Shown: piece by piece, positions 53,086 to 64,000 of the stretch | Numbering within the stretch: position 1 is the first letter of the stretch | How the letters are laid out: each line of letters begins with the position of its first letter | Assembly: GCF_001194135.2 (NCBI RefSeq) | Contig: NC_068992.1 | Location: 2,347,561-2,411,560 of the forward strand | Source: Octopus bimaculoides | Taxonomy: Eukaryota | Direction: 5' to 3' | DNA length: 64,000 bases | The notes under the pieces: model-generated | Databases searched by the model: none | What the model was told of the DNA's origin: nothing | Seen by the model: the letters and a program-made list of their open reading frames with translations, nothing else | Made by a program: the position numbers and the translations under genes

Positions 53086-53897
53086 TGAATTTCCTCGTTT
53101 ATATTTACACAACAGTCATCTACCGGCAGCACATAAAGGTAAAATGTTAGTTATTTTTTCTCCTTTAAGGTAAAATTACGAAAATGACAAAAATGAAAAA
53201 TTGCTTCTACACCAAAGTCATTTTGTTATATTTTTATGCATTTGTTTTTCAGTTTCTCTGGCTTTAAAATGTAACCACTTAACTTGACTTACACCTTAAA
53301 ATGTTTCGTTTGTTGTTCAATCACTTAATGGAGAAAGATTTTATCGAAAATAAAAATAATTCTGAAGACTCTGGGGTGGGGTACACTCCATAAAGATGTG
53401 GAATAAATGCCTGACTGAAATTAATTTTGCCTCTTTTTGATTTCAATTCTTGTCTGGGTCGTTTCATATTATATCTCATCCTTCTGAGCTTGCTTAGAAA
53501 CATTCTACTCGCTTAAACGTCCAAATATCTGAGGAGAGATGTTATTTACACGATCATAATTTTTTTGTAGCTTTCTTCTTCTTGGATATTTACATAAAAC
53601 CCACAATGGGTTCGAACTCATTCAGTAGAGTAGTTCAGACAGCCGTCACTCACGAGCGGGTATGGCTTAGTAAACTGTATCATAGCTTCACAAAATACGT
53701 ACTTACGAGCAGGTATAGACATCTCGCTAACCCCACCCCCACCAACACCACTATCATCGACTCAACGATGTTACGGCTGAATAGACCTGAGCAACATAAA
53801 TTCCTTTATGATCGTGAGCCTAACATCCTTAAACGCTAAGTTACACGTCTTTACAAGGAATCAAACAAAAAACCTTTATTTCTGAACTAAGAATATT

Positions 53898-54326
53898 CTT
53901 TTCTACTCTAGGCACAAGGCCCGAAATTTTATAGAGGGGCCAATCGGTTAGATTGACCCCAGTACGCAACTGGTACTTAATTTATCGACCCCGAAAGGAT
54001 GATAAGCAGAGTCGACCTCGGCGGAATTTGAACTCGGAATGTAAAGACAGACGAAATATCGCTAAGCATTTCGCCCTGCGTGCTAACGTTTCTTATTTCT
54101 TTATTGCCCACAAGGGGCTAAACATAGAGGGGACAAACAAGGACAGACAAAGAGATTAAGTCGAATACATCGACCCCAGTGCGTAACTGGTGCTTAATTT
54201 ATCGACCGCGAAAGGATGAAAGGCAAAGTCGACCTCGGCGGAATTTGAATTCAGAACGTAACGGCAGACGAAATCCCTCTCAGCATTTCGCCCGTCGTAC
54301 TAACATTTATGCCAGCTCGCCGCCTT
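53898..54326 (-). mobile_element. SINE family A dimer (tail-variant-2 copy plus 5'-clipped tail-variant-1 copy) within one TSD
   Basis: CTGAACTAAGAATATT at 53882-53897 and 54327-54342. The junction between monomers is near 54090. Confidence 0.9.
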
Positions 54327-55003
54327 CTGAACTAAGAATATTAGCGCCCTTATGAACTAAACTAATAATGTATGAACTTACATGTAATGTAGATTGGTTA
54401 TCAGAGCCTTATATCATGTTAGGATTGTAGATAACTAGTTAGAATCTAGTCCAGTGCTGTGATCGATCGGAGATGAAATTGTTGATCTGTAATACAGATA
54501 TATTAGAAAATATTTCCACTCTAAAGATGACGCTAATAATCCGAAAAGTTATTATCTGATACGTAACATTTCACATTGATTCCACGTTACGACAATATAT
54601 CTATGAACGCATCTCTTCCGTAACGCGGAATTTGAATATATGGGATATCTATATTTTTTTCTTAATAAACATACAAACTTAGAACTCTGCGAAAAGTAAG
54701 CAGATTAGTTGTTCCGCCTGAGACGTTGTCAACCTGTTGACACAAATAGCGGAATAAATTCGAAGGCGGCAAAACAATGCCATCAAATATCGATATATCT
54801 CAGTTTCGCTAAAATAATCTCCTGTTTCTCTGTCATTTTAAACAATTCTTCTGGTTCTTTAGTTACCAATATTCTTTCTTCATTAAATCCATCTTCTTTC
54901 ACTTACAGAACAGAATTGGACCCGTTTTTACCTGGTGGTTCTTATCTCACGCAATTATTCTTACACTGTCATAGATTCATACTGCCTTTCTCTAACAATG
55001 TAC

Positions 55004-55047
<44 letters not shown>

Positions 55048-56157
55048 CGAGGAGAAGAAGAAGAAGAAGAAACCCATTAAATCTCTCATTCGTTAGTCTA
55101 CTTTCACTATTTGTTCGTTTCACCTTTCCACCTGTTCCTGCCAAATAGACAATTGTTTAGTGAATTCTGTTATGATTGAATGACAAACTGATTGACCTAT
55201 AACAGTCCATAACAGTAGAAACAAATGAAACTTAACGTCCAGTTCACGTCCAGCCGTGTCCATATCAGACATACTTTCAATACATTAAACATCACCTTTG
55301 AAAAACTTCAACTATCAACTAGGTCTTCGTGTGTTATTTCTTCTTTCTTTGGAATCAGATACGGTCCATTAGTAAGCTCGCGGTGAACCGAGACCTCACG
55401 AATGTTCCTCAATCCGAATGTAATTATTTCACTTCTCTGTCGTTCTCCATACTCTTCAGAAAGGCATGAATGTTGCACAATCTCATTTTAGTTTATAAAT
55501 GATAGACCAATGGTTAAGTTATCAGTCTTAAATAATATATAATTCTGCTCCGAATTTTATGTAGATTTTTTTATGTCAATTCCTTTCAGTTACTCGACCA
55601 AAGATCATTAAAAACGGCAGCAAAGTCCCAAACTCCTTGCTCCCCAACACTAATTCTATTCATTCTTTCGTTCGGTTCTTTCTGTATTTCAGTCATTTCG
55701 TTCTATCCATGACCATCTCGCCTTTGTTCGTATCTAACGCAATATTGATTATTGTGTCCTTCCTGTTTCAAGGCAATATAGTATGACTTGAGGGGAAAAT
55801 TGGCAGCAATTTTTGGCAGGTTGAATGACCGGGTTTAAATTCCACATTTTGGTACATTTGGAACAAATCATTTTCCTCTGGCATCGGTTTTGTTTTCCAT
55901 TTTTCCTTCTAGAATTCCTCCCCGCTTTCTTCTTCTCCTTATTTCCTATTGTCTTTAGACCTTCCCCTTTACATCTTTTGTCTTCACATCTGCTTTTCTT
56001 TAACACCCCTTACCCACCCTTTATCCACCCCGTTTCTACTTTTATTATTTATTATGTTTCTCTTTTCTCTTTTATTACTTGACTTCAATTCATTCTTTCT
56101 CTTCTTTTCATGTTTCTTTCTTTCATCACATTACTTATTTATGGCCTTCTCCTTTCA

Positions 56158-56190
<33 letters not shown>

Positions 56191-56668
56191 TACACACACA
56201 CACACACATTCCTTTCTTACACGTCGTAAATCGTGTTTTCTCTTTCTAGTTTTTCTCCTATATCTCGGTCATGTTGGGATTCTCTGAAACACTCAAGAGA
56301 GATGAGATCAAAAAAAATGTCTACAATGACGAAATGATGTGATTAACCAATAATGTTTATTTCCCAGCTGAGCTAAGGTGTAATACTCTGTTTTCTAAGG
56401 ATTAACACCTCTATTTTACACCCACGCATAACATCACAACTTTATCATCAAATCAAACCGTTTAAATACCAAAAGAGGAAGGTGAGGTAGCACTACAATA
56501 TATATATGTCTATTTGTCCTTGTCTCTTTCTACATCTCTCTCTCTCCTTTCTCTCTCTCTGTCTTCTCCCTTTCTCCCGCTCTCTTTCTTCCTCTTTTCC
56601 GCTCTCTCCCTCCATAGATAGATAGATAGATAGATAAGTAGGTAGATATGTGCCATCATGCAAATGTC

Positions 56669-56700
<32 letters not shown>

Positions 56701-56751
56701 AGTGCAGATACGCACATATCTACATACATATACACATATATAAACAAATAT

Positions 56752-56783
<32 letters not shown>

Positions 56784-57252
56784 CCAGACATTCAGACAGA
56801 CATGTACATGATAGAAATGATTCAAACCCTGAAATATTTGTGAATTGGATTGTGAGATAACGGAAGCGGTAATTTTTAGAAAGGTGACGCTAAATATAAA
56901 GATTGGAGGTGTGGTACGCATCAGTGAATAAGAGGAAGCTAGGTGTGTACAACTCAAATAGCTCATCACAGTTCAAATTCTAGGATTGTGTAGATAGCTA
57001 CGGCACCCTAACCCTAACCCTAACCCACATACCAACCCAAATTCTGAGTTTCGCTCCTTATTAGGTTTTGGTTTAAAATATCTACCTTTAGGTAATGTAA
57101 ATACGTTTCCATTTCTAGAAAGTATCAGTACCACGTGATTGTTGCTAGGAAGATCGATGATTCGAGTTTATATGGCAACCATTGCAAACCATCTCAATAT
57201 TAATTAGTCAGGCATTATCTTGCAGCTTTGAGATTTCATAGATGTGTTTGTT

Positions 57253-57472
57253 TTACTTTTTACTAGCTTCTGTCATGAGACCGTGGCCATGCTGGGGCTA
57301 CCGCCTTGAAGAATTCTTAGACGAGTGAATCGATCCTAGCACTCTTTCTTTTATTTATTTATTTTTTTAAGCTGTTACTTATTCAATCGATCGCTTTTGC
57401 CGAACCGCTAAGTTTCGGAGACGTAAACACACCAACACCGGTAGTCAAGCAGTGGTGGGTTACACAGGCACA
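57253..57472 (-). mobile_element. SINE family B, 3' half
   Basis: CTGTCATGAGACCGTGGCCATGCTGGGGCTACCGCC...CCGAACCGCTAAG...AACACCGGTAGTCAAGC. Confidence 0.85.
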
Positions 57473-57533
57473 AACGCGCGCGCGCACACACGCACGCACG
57501 CAACACTCACACACACACGCACTTTACATACAT

Positions 57534-57610
<77 letters not shown>

Positions 57611-57822
57611 NNNNNNNNNNNNNNNNNNNNNNNNNNNNNNNNNNNNNNNNNNNNNNNNNNNNNNNNNNNNNNNNNNNNNNNNNNNNNNNNNNNNNNNNNN
57701 NNNNNNNNNNNNNNNNNNNNNNNNNNNNNNNNNNNNNNNNNNNNNNNNNNNNNNNNNNNNNNNNNNNNNNNNNNNNNNNNNNNNNNNNNNNNNNNNNNNN
57801 NNNNNNNNNNNNNNNNNNNNNN

Positions 57823-57873
<51 letters not shown>

Positions 57874-58363
57874 TATATAGAATGAAGTAAATAACTACTA
57901 TTTTGATGTCAGACATGTAACATTTCCGCTTTCAAGATCAAAGCATATAATAGACATAAACCGATTAAAGCGATGTGCCTTGGAGTATAGTTAAAATATA
58001 TTAATAGTTAAAATATATTAATGAAAATTACGTAAAGCCAGGTTGACTTCTGCCTCAGCTTCGTGTCATTACCAGACGTAGAATGAGTGTTACATTGCGT
58101 GTGTTAACTTCTTGAGATTAGGCTAATTTTTAGAGAAAAATAGAATTGTATATGATTGTTATACACCACTAGAAATGAATATTTTGTGCGCGCGCGCGCG
58201 CGCGTGTGTGTGTGTGTACATGCGCGCATTTATGTATGCTAATACAACTGTATAAATTTTTTTAATATCTTTGTACTTACCTTCTAGTATATGAATAATG
58301 GAGCCCGCGTTTGTTTTGTGTATACGTATAGACAACTCGGCTTTATTCCTCATTATATCTATT

Positions 58364-58652
58364 GGCGTAGGCGTGGCTGTGTAGTAAGAAGCTTGCTCTC
58401 CAACCACATTGTCCCAGGTTCAGTTCCACTGGGTGACACCTTGGGTAATGACTCCAACTAAAACCTCGGGCTAGCTAAAGCATTGTGGGTTGATTTGGTA
58501 AACATATATATATGTGTGTGAGTGGGTCTTTGTGCCTGCGTTTGTCCACCATCACCGCTTGACACCCGGTGTTGGTGTGTGCACGTCTCTGTATATAGAG
58601 GTTCGGCACAAGAGACCGATACAATAATCAACAGACTTAAAAAAATAAGTAC
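58364..58652 (+). mobile_element. SINE family B, 3'-truncated
   Basis: GGCGTGGCTGTGTAGTAAG...GGTTCAGTTCC...CACCTTGGG, colinear with 28729-29110. Confidence 0.9.
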
Positions 58653-58710
58653 AGTAATCCCTCGCCATATCGCGTTTCACCTGTCGCAGTTTACTATTTA
58701 AGCTTACGTC

Positions 58711-58924
58711 AAGGCGGCGCTCTGGCAGAAACGTTAGCACGCCGGACGAAATGCTTAGCAGCATTTCGTCTGTCTTGACTTCTGAGTTCAAATTCCGCCG
58801 AGGTCGACTTTACCTTTCATGCTTTCGGGATCGATAAATTAAGTACCAGTTGCGTACTGGGTCGATCTAATCGACTGGCCCTCTCCCCAAAAATTTCGGG
58901 CCTTGTGCCTAGAGTAGAAAAGAT
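58711..58924 (+). mobile_element. SINE family A, full length with 16-bp TSD
   Basis: TATT(T/C)AAGCTTACGTC at 58695-58710 and 58925-58940. Confidence 0.95.
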
Positions 58925-58982
58925 TATTCAAGCTTACGTCGATTCCTCCGTGATGTCATTTTGCATTTATAATAAAATAAAC

Positions 58983-59341
58983 AGTGATAGTATGTTGTCA
59001 ACTTAATATGACAGTGCCATGAAAGGGAAGAATGCTACTGTTATTTAGCCCTAGGAAACACCGTTTCCTGTTGGACTTGAAACATTTCCTGTGTCCTTAT
59101 GTTTACAAAATGGAGACAAGCACCTCCACCCAGCAACGCCAGCATCCAGAGACTAGTTTCAGAATCGTTGCTCATCATCAGTCTGGAGTAGCCTGGCTTG
59201 TTAGCTGTCAATGCCTATCCACCTTTGAAAACATATATATTTCAAGTGAAATACAGGAAACGGTGTTTCCTTGTGCTAAATAACAGTAGCATTCTTCCCT
59301 TTCATGGGGCTGTCACTTTAAGTTGACAACATACCATCACT
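58983..59341. mobile_element. Fold-back element with 89-bp inverted arms enclosing a hammerhead ribozyme (PLE pseudo-LTR with inverted tail, or MITE-like)
   Basis: Arms 58983-59071 and 59253-59341 are identical at 82 of 89 positions in inverted orientation. No TSD is visible. Confidence 0.85.
59145..59187 (-). ncRNA. Minimal type-I hammerhead ribozyme with intact core
   Basis: Minus strand reads UCCAGA-CUGAUGA-UGAG(CAACGA)UUCU-GAAA-CUAG-UC-UCUGGA. It has a 6-bp stem I, canonical CUGAUGA and GAAA, palindromic ACUAGU in stem III and a GUC triplet. Predicted cut is between 59151 and 59150. Confidence 0.85.
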
Positions 59342-59971
59342 CTATCGTGCTGCTACTGCATAAATCTCTCTGAGAGATTTAGAAATGTATTCTTTCAAAC
59401 ATTCTTGTCAAGCGCAATTCTCAACGTTCACTACAAATATAATAAATTTTCTAAATGCTAAGAGAGCCTTGAAGAAATAAACTTTCAATCTTGATGCCAT
59501 TCCTAATGGTAGAAGAGAAGTAAATAACCGAAATTGCTTAAAACGAAAGATTAAGACTGTATCATTTTATTGGGTTGCCAAGAAGCAACCGTTTATTGTA
59601 CGGCGTTTGCCATATTAAGATATTAACTTGATCAGTAATCAACTAAAGCTGATAGTGATCCGATTATCTGACTCCCACTATTGGATGTAAATACATCTAA
59701 TCTAGTGATAATCTACAATGAACTCACCGGCCGATCACTTATATATTTCAACCATCTTCTTACGAACATCGTCGACAGCAGCTTCAATAACATAACAGTA
59801 GGCTGCCATTTCCCTCCTACCAACATTATCATCACTTAATATTGTTTCTCGTAGTCATGAACACGAGCATTGAATATTTACGTTAAATGGAATAAATACA
59901 CACACACACACATGTACCTCGCACACATGTCACATACACACACTCACATGCTACACACGAGTATATGTACT

Positions 59972-59976
<5 letters not shown>

Positions 59977-60036
<60 letters not shown>
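59977..60036. repeat. (GT)n microsatellite
   Basis: Direct reading of the sequence. Confidence 0.95.
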
Positions 60037-60039
<3 letters not shown>

Positions 60040-60232
60040 GAGTGATAGAGGGAGAAAAAAGAGATGGATAGATAGATCCATTCATACATAAGTATACAGA
60101 TTGATAGCTGGAGACAGGCTGCAAAAGGAAATCATAATTTGATAGAGTCATGATTAATGGTTAATTTGCTAATAATAGAAACAGACAAAATAAATCATTG
60201 TCTTTGTTAATCGTTACACATTGCTTATATCG

Positions 60233-60555
60233 TGGCACTCCGTCGATTACGACGACAAGGGTTCCAGTTGATCCGATCAACGGAACAGCCTGCTCGTAAA
60301 ATTAACGTGCAAGTGGCTGAGCACTCCACAGATACGTGTACCCTTAACGTAGTTCTCGGGGGGATTTAAGCGTGACACAGAGTGTGACAAGGCTGGCCCT
60401 TTGAAATACAGGTACAACGGAAACAGGAAGAAAGAGTGAGAGAAAGTTGTGGTGAAAGAGTAAAGCAGGGTTCGCCACCATCTCCTGCCGGAGCCTCGTG
60501 GAGCTTTAGGTGTTTTCGCTCAATAAACACTCACAATGCCCGGTCTGGGAATCCA
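60233..60555 (-). mobile_element. SINE family C, near full length, head lost in the gap
   Basis: Reverse complement matches 38193-38439 (body) and 7105-7273 (tail). Confidence 0.95.
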
Positions 60556-62951
60556 NNNNNNNNNNNNNNNNNNNNNNNNNNNNNNNNNNNNNNNNNNNNN
60601 NNNNNNNNNNNNNNNNNNNNNNNNNNNNNNNNNNNNNNNNNNNNNNNNNNNNNNNNNNNNNNNNNNNNNNNNNNNNNNNNNNNNNNNNNNNNNNNNNNNN
60701 NNNNNNNNNNNNNNNNNNNNNNNNNNNNNNNNNNNNNNNNNNNNNNNNNNNNNNNNNNNNNNNNNNNNNNNNNNNNNNNNNNNNNNNNNNNNNNNNNNNN
60801 NNNNNNNNNNNNNNNNNNNNNNNNNNNNNNNNNNNNNNNNNNNNNNNNNNNNNNNNNNNNNNNNNNNNNNNNNNNNNNNNNNNNNNNNNNNNNNNNNNNN
60901 NNNNNNNNNNNNNNNNNNNNNNNNNNNNNNNNNNNNNNNNNNNNNNNNNNNNNNNNNNNNNNNNNNNNNNNNNNNNNNNNNNNNNNNNNNNNNNNNNNNN
61001 NNNNNNNNNNNNNNNNNNNNNNNNNNNNNNNNNNNNNNNNNNNNNNNNNNNNNNNNNNNNNNNNNNNNNNNNNNNNNNNNNNNNNNNNNNNNNNNNNNNN
61101 NNNNNNNNNNNNNNNNNNNNNNNNNNNNNNNNNNNNNNNNNNNNNNNNNNNNNNNNNNNNNNNNNNNNNNNNNNNNNNNNNNNNNNNNNNNNNNNNNNNN
61201 NNNNNNNNNNNNNNNNNNNNNNNNNNNNNNNNNNNNNNNNNNNNNNNNNNNNNNNNNNNNNNNNNNNNNNNNNNNNNATATATATATATATATATATATA
61301 ATGTTTTTATCTCTGTATGTAGGAATTTACATATGTACATACGTGTGTGCTGGTGCGTGTATATAATTGCATAAAAATGTGCACATAATCATATTTGCAT
61401 TTTTAATGCTGATATTATACTTCCATTTTGTAATTAAATTTTAGCAAATTTGGTAATTAGACGACATTCCAGAAGCCCAAGTGACCAGCAAATCTCAACT
61501 TGTAATAAAGCAAGAAGCATTTATGTTTAATTAAATTCCTCTTCATTTGCGTTAATTGCATCCATTTTGATGAGTGCATACTGACACACACGCATACACA
61601 CATGCACAAATACACACGCATATATATATATATGTGCATATATACACTTGCACATACTTATATGCATATGTGTACGATGTGTGTATTTGAAGAGAAAGAG
61701 ATTACTGTGTATATAAGATGTTACTAATCTTTCATAACAACTTGCATGGGTATACGTTTCTGTGTATGCGTTTGTATGGATGTATGGATGTAGTAGCAGT
61801 AGCAGTAGTAGTAGTAGTAGTGTGAACTATATCAAGAAAATAACTAAATTTTCCATAAGAAGCATGTAAGAAGCGAGTAGTTTGTATTAAGTTGAGTGAA
61901 ATCTCAGTAAAGTTGTTAGAGCGGAGGATGTGTGTTTATGACCTCACTGAAATATCTAACCTTGCAGTCACTGAATATAACCAAATATGGACTTATAACA
62001 TTACAGATCTGCCATAAAGGATGATTGATGGCTTAAACAGGTATATCTGTGTTTATACATAAACGAATGCTTATATATATATATATATATATATATATNN
62101 NNNNNNNNNNNNNNNNNNNNNNNNNNNNNNNNNNNNNNNNNNNNNNNNNNNNNNNNNNNNNNNNNNNNNNNNNNNNNNNNNNNNNNNNNNNNNNNNNNNN
62201 NNNNNNNNNNNNNNNNNNNNNNNNNNNNNNNNNNNNNNNNNNNNNNNNNNNNNNNNNNNNNNNNNNNNNNNNNNNNNNNNNNNNNNNNNNNNNNNNNNNN
62301 NNNNNNNNNNNNNNNNNNNNNNNNNNNNNNNNNNNNNNNNNNNNNNNNNNNNNNNNNNNNNNNNNNNNNNNNNNNNNNNNNNNNNNNNNNNNNNNNNNNN
62401 NNNNNNNNNNNNNNNNNNNNNNNNNNNNNNNNNNNNNNNNNNNNNNNNNNNNNNNNNNNNNNNNNNNNNNNNNNNNNNNNNNNNNNNNNNNNNNNNNNNN
62501 NNNNNNNNNNNNNNNNNNNNNNNNNNNNNNNNNNNNNNNNNNNNNNNNNNNNNNNNNNNNNNNNNNNNNNNNNNNNNNNNNNNNNNNNNNNNNNNNNNNN
62601 NNNNNNNNNNNNNNNNNNNNNNNNNNNNNNNNNNNNNNNNNNNNNNNNNNNNNNNNNNNNNNNNNNNNNNNNNNNNNNNNNNNNNNNNNNNNNNNNNNNN
62701 NNNNNNNNNNNNNNNNNNNNNNNNNNNNNNNNNNNNNNNNNNNNNNNNNNNNNNNNNNNNNNNNNNNNNNNNNNNNNNNNNNNNNNNNNNNNNNNNNNNN
62801 NNNNNNNNNNNNNNNNNNNNNNNNNNNNNNNNNNNNNNNNNNNNNNNNNNNNNNNNNNNNNNNNNNNNNNNNNNNNNNNNNNNNNNNNNNNNNNNNNNNN
62901 NNNNNNNNNNNNNNNNNNNNNNNNNNNNNNNNNNNNNNNNNNNNNNNNNNN

Positions 62952-62983
<32 letters not shown>

Positions 62984-63589
62984 AGAGAGAGAGAGAGATT
63001 TCAATGGGGTAAATTTTTCGGTTTTCGCTATGGAAGCTTTTTACCGTCCTGGTTTTACCTACGTATTCCATTCTAATTTGCACGTACTTTTCCTAATATG
63101 TCATGCACCTGTAGAAAGGTGAAGAATGCAACGGCCAGAACTCTGTGAGACAACGAAGATAAGATCACAGCTCTGAACATATCAGCGTAAAATTATCTTA
63201 ATTCCTTATCTCAGATATTCAGACAAAACTATATTTCTCGATATCTGGAACTAAAAACAAAAACACGGCCATCATTAACATTAACAAAAAACAACATGAA
63301 GAACAACAACGGGAATGCAAATATAGGTTTGCTAAAAGGAAAAGACTAAGATTCCATCAGTTTTACTCGGTAGACATTTTCATAAATAACAATTTTACAA
63401 ACAACATATCAAATTGCTTGTTTATTACATCGTTCTTAGCCGTGTAAACATACAAACGTATCCATTCATAGACATACATACCACTATAACTACATAGATA
63501 CATAGATGCTTGGATGTGTATAATGTAATTTCAAGTATATATGTATGTATTACACTATATTATATAATGCACATGAGTGGTATATGTGT

Positions 63590-63596
63590 ATGTATA

Positions 63597-63634
<38 letters not shown>

Positions 63635-63760
63635 ACAGACATATTTCTGTGTGTAAATATATATATACATACTTCTCATAGGCATATATATATATATATA
63701 TATATATAGAAGAGACATATTTCTGTGTGTAAATATATATATATATATCTTTATACACAC
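63590..63760. repeat. Two-unit minisatellite (GACATATTTCTGTGTGTAAAT embedded in (TA)n)
   Basis: Direct reading of the sequence. Confidence 0.8.
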
Positions 63761-63880
63761 ACACAGACACACGCAAATATGATGTATGTGTGAATGTGTA
63801 AACTAAAATGCTTCGAGATAACAATTACTACGGCTTCGTCATAGCTACTTGTAGTCTTGTGTATGATGTGTGTGTACCCA

Positions 63881-63924
<44 letters not shown>

Positions 63925-64000
63925 NNNNNNNNNNGCGCGTGTGCGTGTGCTGTGTGTTGTGTATAACTATTCATATATTTATGGATACCAAAAAATAATA

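Noticed and set aside
53-63824. Most ORFs in the supplied track (YI/CV/TH runs and X-filled ORFs)
   Set aside because: They are translations of dinucleotide microsatellites or read-through of N gaps, with no protein-like content.

Overview
Eukaryotic, AT-rich, repeat-dense genomic DNA with about 15 sizeable N-gaps. The SINE families and the heavy (TA)n/(CA)n/(GATA)n load point to a coleoid cephalopod, probably Octopus (inference). I can support no host protein-coding exon, tRNA, rRNA or known miRNA; the listed ORFs are microsatellite translations, gap-spanning artefacts or decayed transposon frames. The window reads as a long intron or intergenic region. It contains three tRNA-headed SINE families (many copies, several with 16-19 bp target-site duplications), RTE-, Tx1/L1- and R4-like LINE fragments, Tc1/mariner deletion derivatives, a TTAA-flanked piggyBac-type MITE and Helentron-type non-autonomous elements. 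The most notable signals are minimal type-I hammerhead ribozymes of the Penelope-associated kind. One has an intact catalytic core and sits in the loop of a 359-bp fold-back element with 89-bp arms (58983-59341). A second has an 8-bp stem I and a CCGACGA core variant (10098-10143). There is also a candidate recursive splice site at 53051-53175, a SINE dimer inside a single TSD, and an RTE copy whose 5' part is inverted.
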